Position numbers and translations under genes: made by a program. Shown piece by piece: positions 46,164 to 62,695 of a DNA stretch of 64,000 nucleotides. Under the pieces are notes generated by a model. It did no database searches. It saw only the letters and a program-made list of their open reading frames with translations, and was not told where the DNA came from. The stretch's first letter is position 1, and every line of letters starts with the position of its first letter. The stretch is from a phage: NCBI GenBank assembly GCA_012343875.1, contig GCA_012343875.1_3924.1; one strand, given 5' to 3'.

Positions 46164-47339
46164 TTAAGCTGTTCTCTGCCACACATACACTACAAAAGAT
46201 GGCTGCTCAACACTGAAAGCTTGACCACCACCAACAGAACCAGATGTCCCTGAGTGTGTATGCTCAGAGCTAGAAACAGTAACAGTGCCTGTATGACTGT
46301 GCGAACCAATATTAACAGTGTGGCTGTGAGCACCAATTGCGACAGTATGGCTATGAGCACCAGATGATGCAGTTGTACCTGAGAAGCTATGGGTGTGAGC
46401 ACCAGCTAAATCAGTATACATAGCATTACCAACACCAGCATCAGCAGATGCAGTAATAGCGTTTGTGCCACCCCTATCATTACCCCTCATAGGAACTCTA
46501 TGGTTGTGGTTACCAGCATTACTTGTTGTGCCACTAAACGTGTGAGTGTGAGCACCAGCACTATTAGTCGTTTTTGTACCGTAATCAAAAGTTGATGTAC
46601 TTTTTGAACCATAATCAAAACTAGAGATAGATACACTTGCAGAGTGTGTATGACCACCACCTGTTAGATAGATAGAGTGAGTATGTGCTGGTAAATTATT
46701 ATTTGTTAATGCTACAGTCTGAGAACCAAACGTTGAACCAACAGGTCTGGAATCTGTATCATAACCAACTAGTGCTCTACCTTTAGAAACTAACTCCCAA
46801 GTACCTCCACAAAGCAAGTAAGTGGATGGGTTAGCAGAGTTAACAGATAGATGAATAGTACCCACTGGATATGATGCTTGGATAGCTTTGTATAGATTAT
46901 TCACTGCTCTCGCTGTAGCATACTTATCAGCATCTTCATTGTACAGATTGGATGTTGTCCAGTTCTGAACATTACTTAAACCGACCTGTGCTTTCGTTGT
47001 GTTATGTGGGTTACTTTTGTCGTCAATATGTTGCTGAATTAAGTTATTCACTTCCTCTGACGACATAATTTGTAGATTTGCTCTTGCCTCAGCAACATTT
47101 ACAATGTCTGACAAGTTATTAGCTGCAACTAATTGAAGAGAGTTAATAACATTATCAAGACCTACTTGCGATTTCGTTACACCATGAGGGTTATTCCTCA
47201 AAGATGCGTGAGGTGCTAACAACTGTTCAAGCGTACATCTTTTATCCTCAACACCTTGCTTAAGATGGAAGATATCACTCAAATCAATTGGTAAGGCCGC
47301 TTGTGGCAAGGCACTAATTTGAATTTCACCTACTGCCAT
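46164..47339 (-). CDS. tail fibre protein with His-rich HxH repeats
   Basis: GGGHTHSASV, GAHTHTFSGT, GNHNHRV, GAHSHTVAIGAHSHTVNIGSHSHTG; C-terminus similar to the 849-aa fibre (..W.RTA). Confidence 0.65.
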   Translation of the reverse strand: MAVGEIQISALPQAALPIDLSDIFHLKQGVEDKRCTLEQLLAPHASLRNNPHGVTKSQVGLDNVINSLQLVAANNLSDIVNVAEARANLQIMSSEEVNNLIQQHIDDKSNPHNTTKAQVGLSNVQNWTTSNLYNEDADKYATARAVNNLYKAIQASYPVGTIHLSVNSANPSTYLLCGGTWELVSKGRALVGYDTDSRPVGSTFGSQTVALTNNNLPAHTHSIYLTGGGHTHSASVSISSFDYGSKSTSTFDYGTKTTNSAGAHTHTFSGTTSNAGNHNHRVPMRGNDRGGTNAITASADAGVGNAMYTDLAGAHTHSFSGTTASSGAHSHTVAIGAHSHTVNIGSHSHTGTVTVSSSEHTHSGTSGSVGGGQAFSVEQPSFVVYVWQRTA

Positions 47340-47341
47340 TA

Positions 47342-47644
47342 TTAAGCTCCTACATATTCATATGTGTAAAGGTTTCTTGTACTTGTTGATGCAGTCCCTG
47401 TCTCAGACTTAATGAGACTCCAACCATTAGCCACTAAATCTGGTTGCTCAGTTGCATATGAACGAACTTCACCAACAGTGCCATTTACTTTATTCAGCAG
47501 GTAGTTGATAATATAGTTGAACCACTGTCTACCCATAGGTTCACCCTTTAAAAGACCTGTCTCTTGAACTTCCGGTGGTGGTAAAACTTTTAACTGATTA
47601 CCATCAGTATCTACTTCGTTTGTAGACCAATTTAGAACTGCCAT
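47342..47644 (-). CDS. hypothetical tail-module protein (100 aa)
   Basis: Position between baseplate and fibre genes. Confidence 0.35.
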   Translation of the reverse strand: MAVLNWSTNEVDTDGNQLKVLPPPEVQETGLLKGEPMGRQWFNYIINYLLNKVNGTVGEVRSYATEQPDLVANGWSLIKSETGTASTSTRNLYTYEYVGA

Positions 47645-48498
47645 TAAGAATTTCCTTCTTGTTGTGATTTATCTTTTCTGCCTTTGACAATTTGCGCAAC
47701 CTCAGCCATGATTCCGTATGCACCACCTGCAATAGCTTCTTTACCAACGATGAAATAACCACTATTATTAGACCTATCTACAGTCATATAGTCATCGCTC
47801 TGCGAGTTTACTGTTCTGTCAACCTTAAAGTAACCATCAATAACACCAGCATCTGCAAGGCTACCTACTAAGTTGGACTCCAGAGAGCCACCAGTATTAT
47901 TTGTGACAAGACCTCTGTTAGCATCAGTTACAAACCAGTTCTCTTTATCATCAACAATAGCAAGTGATGAATCAGCAACCTCTACAGGTGTCCAAGCAGT
48001 CCCATTTAAAGTAACATCTCTTAAGATAACAGCGGAGCCAGTAGTTGTTGCAGACATCTTTGACAGTGTATATGCAGCATCTAGAACGCTTTTTCTAGTG
48101 TTGATACGGATAACGATACCACCAGTCTTAGGAGTAATATGCTCAAAAATCTGAGAGAAAGTTGCACCATATAGTGTCATAATTGCTTTTTGCAAGAATG
48201 TTGGGGTGGTGTCAGAGCGTCTTAGGAAGATTTGGATATAAAGCATAGCTCTATATGTTTCATCATCTGCACCTAAAGGTCTAGGAACTTTAATCAGTGA
48301 GCCAATATTATCAAGTTGTTGGCCTACTGACGTCCTGATATTTCTCTCTGTGTGCATCTGCCAGCAAACATCCTCTAATGTTTGTAGCTCATCAGTGATT
48401 GCTTTCAAGATACTTGTATAGATAAATTTATCTTTAAACTGTGTTACAGTCCTTTCATCAAGTGTTTTATAATAAACACTATCAATCTTTTCAAACAT
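47644..48498 (-). CDS. baseplate protein (P2 gpI / Mu gp48-like by position)
   Basis: Gene order downstream of a J-like baseplate gene; stop/start overlap. Confidence 0.4.
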   Translation of the reverse strand: MFEKIDSVYYKTLDERTVTQFKDKFIYTSILKAITDELQTLEDVCWQMHTERNIRTSVGQQLDNIGSLIKVPRPLGADDETYRAMLYIQIFLRRSDTTPTFLQKAIMTLYGATFSQIFEHITPKTGGIVIRINTRKSVLDAAYTLSKMSATTTGSAVILRDVTLNGTAWTPVEVADSSLAIVDDKENWFVTDANRGLVTNNTGGSLESNLVGSLADAGVIDGYFKVDRTVNSQSDDYMTVDRSNNSGYFIVGKEAIAGGAYGIMAEVAQIVKGRKDKSQQEGNS

Positions 48499-48500
48499 TA

Positions 48501-49969
48501 TTACTCCTTAGTGATGGTATACTGGCTACTTTCCCAAACAGTATATTGGTCACCGTCAACAGTAATTCTTGCTGTAGTATATTGTCCGTCACTAGGTGGA
48601 ACTGATTGGCTGTTTGATAATGCTACTTTCACCTCATTAATCTCAATACCTTTAATTACATCATAGATATATCCGTAGATTCTGTTAGGGATAACGTCAT
48701 TACCAACCTTAAGAGTTCTTCCGTAGGCATTAATACCTTGTACAATACTGTCTCTGATATCCTCTTCAGGGATTGTCAAGCTTTCTTCGTCATATAATGA
48801 GTAAGATACTTTAACAAATGCGTATTTTGGTGTTGGTCTGCTAAAGTAAATATTATGTGCTAAACCACCTAAATCATGGGCTGTACCAAAAATTGAGCCG
48901 TAAGCTCTAATACCAGCAGGTTTTGTATCCCAGATTGCTTGAGCAACATTATCATTTTGACCACCGACTACGACAATCTTAAAAGATTTTGGTGGAAGAC
49001 CTTCTGAGTTCGTCTCTTCAGTATCATTTTCAACACCTGAAGCATCTGAGACCCCTTGAACTCTTTTAACAGCAGCCACAATTGCATCCAAAGTCCCTAC
49101 ACCAGTAACTGCTAAGGATTCTAAATATCTCTGCCTAAGTTCTGTGTCAGTTTCTTCGTTTCTACCAGTTGTTAAGTCATACCTGTTATAGATGCTGTCA
49201 AGGCCATCAACAGTGGTTTCAATCTCAATAAGAGTCCCAGCTAAAGCAGGAATAGCACCAACCTCTTCAGCTACTACATCTGAGATAGTTGTAATCTTTG
49301 TAAATGTCAGAAACGTTGTCGCAGTAACAACCATAGGGTTTGTTCTTGCAATAATATCACCCTCATCTTTATAGACTCTTAATGAGGCTCCATCATTGAT
49401 AACTTCTGCTTTTGCTACAATACCACCATTAATAGCCTCTGCTAATTTAGTTAGTAGTGTGGTAATTGTGTCTGATGAGGTTGGTTTATATGAGAAAATA
49501 ACGTTATCAATAATAATAACATAATCTGCATCAGTTCGTAAAGAGTTAACTTCAAGAACAGCTTCAACACAATATGATGGGGTAAGGGTAATATTGTTAA
49601 CTGGATAAAAGATATTTCCAGCAGTACTTCTCAATCTTGTTGTTGAAGAGATGGTAGCACCAGTTGTTCCAGTGAACTCAACCTGACCCCTTGTTGCCTG
49701 AGCAACATATCTGTATACAGCATTCAAAGCTGTGATATCATCAAGGTTAAATCCTTCAGCCTTGTCAATTGTCCCGCCGTCATAGATTTCTGATAGAATC
49801 TCATGTGTATCTGCTAAAGACCTTGCAATTGAAGCTAGGAAGAGACCTAATTGACTATCTTCAGAAACGTCAAGGTTTGGTGAAATATCTCTAAGAAGTC
49901 TTGATTTGATATTATCAAAAATTTCCTGATATCTTAGAGTTTGTAATCCTGTTGTAGTTAATCCTGCCA

Positions 49970-49970
<1 letters not shown>
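48501..49970 (-). CDS. baseplate J-like protein
   Basis: 489 aa; position after the gpW-like gene in a Mu/P2-type baseplate cluster. Confidence 0.45.
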
Positions 49971-55354
<5,384 letters not shown>

Positions 55355-55355
<1 letters not shown>

Positions 55356-55594
55356 TACATTTTTCCTGCTCTTCTAAGTTCGTTGTAAGCAATTTCCTCT
55401 TTATACGACCTCTGAATCTCAAGAAATTGTCTCAATGATAATAAATCAGAGAATGTCATAGCAAAGAGTTGGTCAAGTGTTTCTTTACACCCTTCCATAC
55501 CATAAATAGCAAGCACAAATTTCATCTCGTCTGCTTCTTCATAGGTTGCCTCTACAGCAGCATCAGTTAGTGGTGTCTGTAGAGTGTTACCCAT
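55355..55594 (-). CDS. tail assembly chaperone, -1 frame extension (GT-like product)
   Basis: ORF in the -1 frame relative to 55597-55995, open across the overlap and reachable from slippery site U UUU UUC. Confidence 0.5.
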
Positions 55595-55596
55595 GT

Positions 55597-55995
55597 TTAC
55601 TGAGAAGTTAGGCTTTTGAAAATGCTTGCTTCGAAAAAACTTCCGAAGTTTGCCTCCAGCGCAAATGCTAAGTAATCAATAAACTCGCCGTAGTTTGCTT
55701 GGAAGTATGTATCAATATTGAGTGGGAAGTCATCAACAGTTGCCCCTTGAAATAGTAATGTAGCCATTTCTTCAAGGTTAATTTCTTCAATTCTGTCAAA
55801 ACAAGCTTCAACAAGTTCTTTAAATGGAACCATTGGAGCTTCTTTCTTGTCTTTATCAGTCAGACTTGACAGCATCTGTGCAAAGGTTGGAACAACAATT
55901 TTACCCAACTTCATAGACATCTTAATACCATCTCTTGCCCCAAGCAGAACAATATTTACTTTCTTACCATTAATTACTCTAGATTCTGTTTTCAT
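55597..55995 (-). CDS. tail assembly chaperone (G-like)
   Basis: 132 aa between tail tube and tape measure genes; contains slippery heptamer near its 3' end. Confidence 0.55.
   Translation of the reverse strand: MKTESRVINGKKVNIVLLGARDGIKMSMKLGKIVVPTFAQMLSSLTDKDKKEAPMVPFKELVEACFDRIEEINLEEMATLLFQGATVDDFPLNIDTYFQANYGEFIDYLAFALEANFGSFFEASIFKSLTSQ
55633..55639 (-). other. programmed -1 ribosomal frameshift slippery heptamer U UUU UUC
   Basis: Minus strand reads AGU UUU UUC in the zero frame, 36 nt before the stop codon. Confidence 0.55.
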
Positions 55996-56068
55996 TGTGA
56001 TTCCTTAATACTTTTAAAAGAAACAAAAAAGGGGAAGACCTTTTAAAGTCTCCCCCTTATAGGATTTA

Positions 56069-56515
56069 TTAAACACTTGACGCTGGAATTGTAGAAGTGT
56101 AGTCTAGCTTCTCACAACCAAAAATCCAAGTTTTAGAGTTCTGGTCACGACCAAGTTCAATCTGCGGTAATTCCTGCAACCAAGCATTAATACCAGTTGC
56201 CAGAACAGAGCCTGATGGGTCGTAGATTACGAAGTTAGAAGAGATATCTTCTTCAAGTTCCATATTGTCTTGTTTAGCTTGAATTGCAGAAAGCATCTGG
56301 TTAGAGAGAGAAGTCTGCATTAGCTCAATCTCAATAGTACCTGTCTTGTCTGCATTTCTTGTCAGAGCAACTTGACCACCCGCACCTACAACTGGTGTCA
56401 CAAGTGGTGATGTTCTCTGTAGACGTAAGAATGAGTCTGGGGCAAAGCCTTCAATGGCAATACCATTCCAGCTACACACAACGTCTTTAGGGGAATATTG
56501 CTGATACATAGCCAT
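56069..56515 (-). CDS. tail tube protein
   Basis: 148 aa immediately downstream of the sheath-like gene. Confidence 0.5.
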   Translation of the reverse strand: MAMYQQYSPKDVVCSWNGIAIEGFAPDSFLRLQRTSPLVTPVVGAGGQVALTRNADKTGTIEIELMQTSLSNQMLSAIQAKQDNMELEEDISSNFVIYDPSGSVLATGINAWLQELPQIELGRDQNSKTWIFGCEKLDYTSTIPASSV

Positions 56516-56530
56516 TCCAATTTACCTCTA

Positions 56531-57883
56531 TTATTCGTAAGCCACTGTACCTTTCAAGTCAACATCCAAGATAGCTCCTGCTAAGATACCTGAGAAGGTA
56601 ACGTCTTTCAGGATACGTGCTTTCTTGTCTGCTAAAGCAACTTGAGAGGCTTTAGGAACATTAACTGTGTAAGATGACAGGAAGTTTCTGTTGACTGCTC
56701 TTTGCAGAGAGGTTTCAATGACTTGACGAATACGGGTAATACCAGTATCATCATAAGTAATCTTACCACCCTTCTGGTTAATTAGCAAGTCTCTCAGAGA
56801 AGTTTTCAGGTCTGATTCTAACCAGTCAACACCACGGATGATATCAATCCATTCCCCACCAGAAGTAATCCCTCTACGAACCACTGGAACACCACCATCA
56901 AGGTCAATAAAGTTACAGTGACGTGCATCTAAAGCTGACTTCTGAATACTTGTCAGAGGTCTCTGATTAGATGGCTGTAGAGAAGCAGCTACGCCAGTTA
57001 GCTGTGCGTTACCCCAAGCAATTGAACCTGCATCATACGGAGCACCATAAGCAATATAAGCCATTTCTGGATAGTCTTCTGCTGCTGTGTGATGCCACAA
57101 GCAAACTGTACGAGTGTACTTATTCTTAGCAAGTTGTGCTGGAACGTCATTTGCACTGGCTAATTCTGTACCTTGCAGTGCTGCTACATCAGAGTTAGCT
57201 GTAAAGAAAATCTTCTTACGAGCTTGAATCTCAGAAGCCATTGCTAAGACAAACTGTTGAGTTCTGTCTTCTGCTGCAATGAAATACCAGTCAGTTGAAT
57301 AAGCTTCAATAGCTGCCAGAGCAGTCGATGCTGTGTCAGCAGTTGTGCTTGCAATTGACACTGTTTGTGCTGTAGTAGTAACCTTCACGAAGTCATTGTC
57401 GCCAGCTTTGGTGATTACCATTGTTGCTGAACCGCCAGCACCAGTTACATTGACAGTAACAAGGTCTTTTACAGAAGGTTCTGCTTCAATCTGTGTTTTA
57501 AGCTGCTGTAGCACCTTCTCAGCAGTATCTTCTGACTGTGAAGTGTACTGGAATGGCTGAGAAACTCCACCGCTCACAGCTACAGTTAAAGAATAGTCGG
57601 TGCTCTCAGTAACCTCATCAGGAATTGATACAGTGTACTGCATAGCACGTCTACCAATATAAAGCTGAGTTACTTTAGGAGTCTGACTCCAAAGTTGTTT
57701 AGCAGCCTTATATGCAGCAGAGTTTTCATCGAAATCTTCAGCAACTTCAGTTAAGGAAGTGTAACCACGGACTCTTTCTTCAAAGTTATCTGTTGAAGCT
57801 AAAAATAGTGGCAGCCCAAAACCTTCTCTTGTAGTTCCTGCGGTGTTCAATGTAATATCTACATTAACAATTGGATTCCACAT
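56531..57883 (-). CDS. tail sheath protein
   Basis: 450 aa, position upstream of tube/chaperone/tape measure (contractile tail gene order). Confidence 0.5.
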   Translation of the reverse strand: MWNPIVNVDITLNTAGTTREGFGLPLFLASTDNFEERVRGYTSLTEVAEDFDENSAAYKAAKQLWSQTPKVTQLYIGRRAMQYTVSIPDEVTESTDYSLTVAVSGGVSQPFQYTSQSEDTAEKVLQQLKTQIEAEPSVKDLVTVNVTGAGGSATMVITKAGDNDFVKVTTTAQTVSIASTTADTASTALAAIEAYSTDWYFIAAEDRTQQFVLAMASEIQARKKIFFTANSDVAALQGTELASANDVPAQLAKNKYTRTVCLWHHTAAEDYPEMAYIAYGAPYDAGSIAWGNAQLTGVAASLQPSNQRPLTSIQKSALDARHCNFIDLDGGVPVVRRGITSGGEWIDIIRGVDWLESDLKTSLRDLLINQKGGKITYDDTGITRIRQVIETSLQRAVNRNFLSSYTVNVPKASQVALADKKARILKDVTFSGILAGAILDVDLKGTVAYE

Positions 57884-58483
57884 TTATTTTACCCCTTTGG
57901 AGTCTACATCTAGATGGATAGTATATTCTGGTGGCTCTTGTCCTTCTTCGTAAACTAATTCACCATCAACAATGACACGCTCAATAATACTTCCACGTTC
58001 ATCTTTCAGGACTGAATTTTTTACAAGAGTTACAACAAGAGGCGCAGAATTTTCGAACTCTGTATTAAGATAAGTGTAGTCATTTGGGATAGCTCCAGTG
58101 TCTAAAACTGTAGCTCCTGTTTCTTCAAGAATTAAATCCCTGACTGAACTCATCTCTAATCGTTGTTTAAGCTCAAGCATAATACTGTGAGCACCTTTAC
58201 CATTCACCGTAATTAGTACAGGAATCTGAAAAGCAATTCTGTAGCAAACTACATCATCCTCAACAAACTTATCAAGAACCCAACCATAAGGTGTTGCAGC
58301 ATCTTGACAATATACGGTAATAAATGGCTGGTCAGGTTTTAAACCTTTGTCATTTGAGTTATCAGAAGGGTAAGCTCTAATTACGTTTGGTCTATTATTT
58401 TTATCACGAGCTAGTCTGTGACCAATAACATCCACTAAGGTTCTAACTAGACCTTTTTCAAGTTCTGCTGTTTCTAACTGCAT
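57884..58483 (-). CDS. hypothetical tail/neck protein (199 aa)
   Basis: Position between head and sheath genes. Confidence 0.35.
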   Translation of the reverse strand: MQLETAELEKGLVRTLVDVIGHRLARDKNNRPNVIRAYPSDNSNDKGLKPDQPFITVYCQDAATPYGWVLDKFVEDDVVCYRIAFQIPVLITVNGKGAHSIMLELKQRLEMSSVRDLILEETGATVLDTGAIPNDYTYLNTEFENSAPLVVTLVKNSVLKDERGSIIERVIVDGELVYEEGQEPPEYTIHLDVDSKGVK

Positions 58484-58859
58484 TCATTTTATCCCTTCTA
58501 ATAATGATATATTCATAATGGGACGTATGGGCTAATTGTTGTGACCAATCCATAGTCATAAATACTTCATACTCATGACCATCAATCATAACAATGTCAG
58601 ACTCATTCCACTCTACATCATCTGAAGTTCTAAGTTTATATGTAGTATACAGGATTCTTGTATCGGTAAGCCTGATACCTTCTGGTAAAGCAATCTGTGT
58701 ACCATTCTTTACAGAACCTTTGATATATGGCTGGATATTACCTTTGCAGTTAACCTCTACAATATCTTGTGAAGCTACCCAATCACCATCATCATTGTAA
58801 TAACCGTCTTCAGAGACTTTACGCTTTACTACAAAGCTGTGTCTGTTTAAGAGTCTCAT
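58458..58859 (-). CDS. hypothetical head-tail joining protein (133 aa)
   Basis: Position. Confidence 0.35.
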   Translation of the reverse strand: MRLLNRHSFVVKRKVSEDGYYNDDGDWVASQDIVEVNCKGNIQPYIKGSVKNGTQIALPEGIRLTDTRILYTTYKLRTSDDVEWNESDIVMIDGHEYEVFMTMDWSQQLAHTSHYEYIIIRRDKMNAVRNSRT

Positions 58860-59338
58860 TTCTTAATACCCTTCTTAGTAGAAATTTTATAAGCAAGGTT
58901 ATCTCTTAAGTCACCTGTCTCAACAAGAGGTGCGTTAAAGCCTTTTTTCTTGACTGTGGAAGGTGCGTTAGGAGGGAGGATAGCAGAATTACCAAAACCC
59001 CTTTTAATTGCCTTTTGAGCATTCTTTGCAAATGCTTCTAAGGTATTTGAAGGGTCTGTGTTGAGACTGCTAAGTTGCTTATATAGATTCTTCTTAGTCT
59101 GCTCTAACAAGGTCTGTCTGTTTAGCATCATAGTGATTTCAAACAACCTACGATATACTTTACCAGAAGCTGAGGGAACCCCAATAACTTCTTGTAAATA
59201 CATTAAAGCAGGATAAGAAAAACCAGAGCTATGTTGACCTTGTTCTTGAAAATACCCAACTTGAGCATTAGCCGTTTGCAAGTTCTTCATAGCCCCGACT
59301 AATTTTGCTCTAGCGGGGTGAATAACCCTTTTAACCAT
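58856..59338 (-). CDS. hypothetical head-tail joining protein (160 aa)
   Basis: Position. Confidence 0.35.
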   Translation of the reverse strand: MVKRVIHPARAKLVGAMKNLQTANAQVGYFQEQGQHSSGFSYPALMYLQEVIGVPSASGKVYRRLFEITMMLNRQTLLEQTKKNLYKQLSSLNTDPSNTLEAFAKNAQKAIKRGFGNSAILPPNAPSTVKKKGFNAPLVETGDLRDNLAYKISTKKGIKK

Positions 59339-59787
59339 TATTCATCTCGCTCGATAATAAATACGCCATTAACACGGTTGCAGTAATCTCTGCCTTCGTA
59401 TCTGGCAGCATCACCATATTCTGTGTATTTCTTGACAGAGCAAGGATTCTGACGACGCATATCAATATCACACTGATTAATACCACCTGCATAGGGTAGT
59501 CCTGAAACAGAGCTTTTAACAAGGTCGTCATAAACAGCTTTCAGAGATTTGAATCTGGAAGAGTTACGTAAATAAACACCACCAACCTTCTCATCTCCCA
59601 TCTTGGCTACTTGAAAGAGTAAATATTTAAGAGCTTTGATGGCTGCTTTCTTTTCATCCTTTCCAGATTCTAGATAGAACCACTCTAGCACAGACTGTTC
59701 AATGAGAATTTCATCATTATTGGTGTCTGTGCAGAGGATTCTTACTCTATCAAGAGGGTTATTGGCTGGGTCGCCTGTATAACACAT
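59338..59787 (-). CDS. hypothetical head-tail adaptor-like protein (149 aa)
   Basis: Directly downstream of the major capsid gene. Confidence 0.35.
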   Translation of the reverse strand: MCYTGDPANNPLDRVRILCTDTNNDEILIEQSVLEWFYLESGKDEKKAAIKALKYLLFQVAKMGDEKVGGVYLRNSSRFKSLKAVYDDLVKSSVSGLPYAGGINQCDIDMRRQNPCSVKKYTEYGDAARYEGRDYCNRVNGVFIIERDE

Positions 59788-59808
59788 TCATAACCCTCCT
59801 TAAGAATA

Positions 59809-60915
59809 TTAGTCTGGTTTAGCGTCAGAACGAACGTCTACCAGCAACTGAGGACGTGTGCAGTATGGCAGCATGTAAGAGTGAGCTTCAAAGTCAATAC
59901 CTTCGTCACGGTCTTTTTCGTATTCGAATACGTACAGTTCCTGACCAAGTGTATTGGCATAACCCATCTTAGGACATGGACCATATGCCACTTCGAAGAT
60001 GTTGTTTGCTTCGCCCAGCATAGAAACGTTAGGGAAAGCATGACCTACACCAACAGTTGCCGCTACGCTATCAATGCTCACCAGAGTGTGAACCTTACCA
60101 CGCTTGTCTTTGAACTTACCGTTGTACTGGACAAACTTAACACCACCGTAGTAGAAAGTGTTCATGTGAGCCTGAACGCCGTCAGTACCACCAGTTCTCA
60201 GAGAACCAGTAATCTGTTGCCAAGCCAGTGGAGTCTGCTGTGCAAGATAAGCGTCACGAATCTTAGGATGCTTAACCAGTTTGCTGAAGAATAAGCGGTC
60301 AACAACTACGTGAATTTCTTCACCGTTGATTACAGTGCCAGTCTTAGCTTCATCTTCCATGTGCATACGCAGTTCTTCAATAGAAGCGTCGATGTCAGCA
60401 TTAGGGTTGTCAAGGTCGAAGTAAACAGTCTTCTTCTCAACGTCGAACTGCTTGTACAGGTCAGCATACAGAGTACCACGAGCATCAACAACTTTACCCT
60501 TCAGAGCTTGCATAAACAGGAACTCACGAGTAATATCGAACTTGGTACGAATCTTCATCAGCTTCTTAGCACGTACTACAGCTTCAGTAGTCAGTTCGTT
60601 TGCAGTGCCTGGCTGACGTACACCCTGAATTTCATCAGGAGTAATGCTTTCAACTTCTTTGAAGTACATCATTGGGAAGCTGATTTGACGAACACGCTCA
60701 GGTGCGCTAGTCTCTGCTTTACGGCTATCACGGTCTACCGCATCAAGCAAGCTAACATCCCAATCAGTCAAGTCCATAAGGAAAGTAGTTTGGGTGATTG
60801 GTGCTGAACGGAACAGACCTAAGTTGGAAATATACCCATAAGTATTTGGGATAGACTGGACTTCACCAGTCAGGTCAGCAAGGAAAAATCTGCTTTTTTC
60901 AGAATTAGTCAACAT
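59809..60915 (-). CDS. major capsid protein (lambda gpE-like family)
   Basis: 368 aa; follows a gpD-like decoration gene and an S49 protease-scaffold gene in lambda-type order. Confidence 0.65.
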   Translation of the reverse strand: MLTNSEKSRFFLADLTGEVQSIPNTYGYISNLGLFRSAPITQTTFLMDLTDWDVSLLDAVDRDSRKAETSAPERVRQISFPMMYFKEVESITPDEIQGVRQPGTANELTTEAVVRAKKLMKIRTKFDITREFLFMQALKGKVVDARGTLYADLYKQFDVEKKTVYFDLDNPNADIDASIEELRMHMEDEAKTGTVINGEEIHVVVDRLFFSKLVKHPKIRDAYLAQQTPLAWQQITGSLRTGGTDGVQAHMNTFYYGGVKFVQYNGKFKDKRGKVHTLVSIDSVAATVGVGHAFPNVSMLGEANNIFEVAYGPCPKMGYANTLGQELYVFEYEKDRDEGIDFEAHSYMLPYCTRPQLLVDVRSDAKPD

Positions 60916-60948
60916 TGTAAAATTCTCCAGAATGTCTTATTATTGTTA

Positions 60949-61326
60949 TTACAGGCCAGTTGGTACGAAATCAATACCTTTAGCAGCCAGAGCTGTCTTG
61001 ACTGCTTCAGCGTCAACGCTTGATTCAAGAGTAAGCATGTCTTTTAGCTCTGCGTCGCGGTAAATACCAACAACTTTCAACTGACCGTGGTAAGACAGTT
61101 GCAGGTCTGCGTAGAAATTAACGATACATACAGAGTCTGCTTGAGATTCTTCTCCAGCTTGTACCTTAGTACCGTCTGCTTTCAGAACTTCACCTACACG
61201 ATACTCTGTAGATGCCTGTGGGGTATACTCTTTACGAGAGTGGCCTGTTGGTGTAACCTGTTCCCAAAGAATGATATCATTCAGAGGTTCTCTGTTACCT
61301 AACTTAGTAAAACCTTGATATGCCAT
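60949..61326 (-). CDS. head decoration protein (gpD-like)
   Basis: 125 aa between protease and capsid genes. Confidence 0.45.
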   Translation of the reverse strand: MAYQGFTKLGNREPLNDIILWEQVTPTGHSRKEYTPQASTEYRVGEVLKADGTKVQAGEESQADSVCIVNFYADLQLSYHGQLKVVGIYRDAELKDMLTLESSVDAEAVKTALAAKGIDFVPTGL

Positions 61327-61337
61327 TATTGTATTCC

Positions 61338-62684
61338 TTATTTGATAAGAGATTTTAGAGCATTCTGGAGAGCCAGTTTGCGTTGTTCAGCGGTGTCTTC
61401 GGAAGCATTCTTAGCTGGTTCTTTTTCTTCTTCAACCAAATCAGCTTCGCCGTCATTACCCACTTCTTCCATAGCGTTAGAATGTTCAAGAACAGCACCA
61501 GCAGTTTCTTTCAGCTTGGTAATTTCTGATTCTTTTTCTTCCATTGCAGAAGCATGGGACGCGATAGTTTCATTAAGTTTCTGGTTAGCACCTTCCATAG
61601 CATTCATAAACAGAACACTTAGAGGGTTATCAAGACCAGCACCTAAAATAGTCGTTGCAGCTTCTTTTGCATCAAATCCAAAAGCTTCAGCAGAAGCAGA
61701 AATCTTATTAGTCAAATCTGACAAAGCAGCTTCCTGTTCTTTAGCTTTCATTTGAGCAACCTGAAGACGCAAAGCTTCTAGTTCTTGCTTTTCTTGTTCA
61801 GTCATTTCTTCACCTGAATTGTTAACGTTTAAACTTACAGGAGCCTCTTCAGAACCTTGTAAGTAATTTAAGAAATCATCTTGAGACATGATTGAGTTAA
61901 TTAAACCAAGTTCAAGAGCTTCCTGAGCAGAATAAACATTCGCCTCAGTATTCTTTACAGCTTCTTCAGAGATATTACGAGCTTCAGCTACAAAACCTGT
62001 AAAGGTTGCGTAGGTATCATTAATTCTCTTTTGAAGTCTTTCTTTGCTTTCTTCTGAAAGTGCTTGGAATGGTGAACCCATACCTTTAAACTCACCAGCT
62101 TTGATGACGTTAATTGTTACGCCATTCTTTTCAAATGCCTTAGTTAATTCCTGATGAACCATGATTACACCAATAGAACCAACATCTGCATCTGGTGATG
62201 CAATAATTTCTTCAGCAGAAGATGCAAGAGCATATGCAGCGGAACAAGCGAACTCATCTACATAAGCAATAATTTTCTTTTGGCCTCTTGAAGCCATGAT
62301 GTGACGTGCTAATTCAAAGCAACCTGAAGCTTCACCACCACCAGAATCAATATGCAGAACAATAGTCTTAATTGACTCATCTGCTAAAGCTTCGTCAAAG
62401 CCTCTACGTAAACCCTCATAAGAGCTTAATCCACCTGTACACATTGCATCAATGAATGTCATACGATGGGTTAAGCCACCCATAATAGGGATAATAGCAA
62501 TGTCATCTTTTACTTTTAAAAGACTTCTTGCGTCACCTTTGGGTTTATCAAAGTTTACTGCTGCTTGGACATCACCCAGCAATCTGTTATTCACATAAGT
62601 TGCTGCTGAGTGAGCTAATGATTCAGTGGCTAGTAAAGGTTGGTTGAATAATCTATCAGCAAGTCTGAAGATATTCGAACTCAT
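61338..62684 (-). CDS. prohead protease (S49/ClpP-like) fused to a coiled-coil scaffold domain
   Basis: HIDSGGGEASG .. CSAAYALAS .. SIGVI blocks typical of S49/SppA peptidases; Glu/Ala/Lys-rich helical C-terminus. Confidence 0.7.
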   Translation of the reverse strand: MSSNIFRLADRLFNQPLLATESLAHSAATYVNNRLLGDVQAAVNFDKPKGDARSLLKVKDDIAIIPIMGGLTHRMTFIDAMCTGGLSSYEGLRRGFDEALADESIKTIVLHIDSGGGEASGCFELARHIMASRGQKKIIAYVDEFACSAAYALASSAEEIIASPDADVGSIGVIMVHQELTKAFEKNGVTINVIKAGEFKGMGSPFQALSEESKERLQKRINDTYATFTGFVAEARNISEEAVKNTEANVYSAQEALELGLINSIMSQDDFLNYLQGSEEAPVSLNVNNSGEEMTEQEKQELEALRLQVAQMKAKEQEAALSDLTNKISASAEAFGFDAKEAATTILGAGLDNPLSVLFMNAMEGANQKLNETIASHASAMEEKESEITKLKETAGAVLEHSNAMEEVGNDGEADLVEEEKEPAKNASEDTAEQRKLALQNALKSLIK

Positions 62685-62695
62685 TTTTACTCACC

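Noticed and set aside
59331-60041. ORFs 59331-59531(-), 59838-60041(-), 59881-60294(+), 60310-60807(+) around the capsid gene
   Set aside because: Overlap the head genes in other frames or antisense; no RBS context; treated as spurious.
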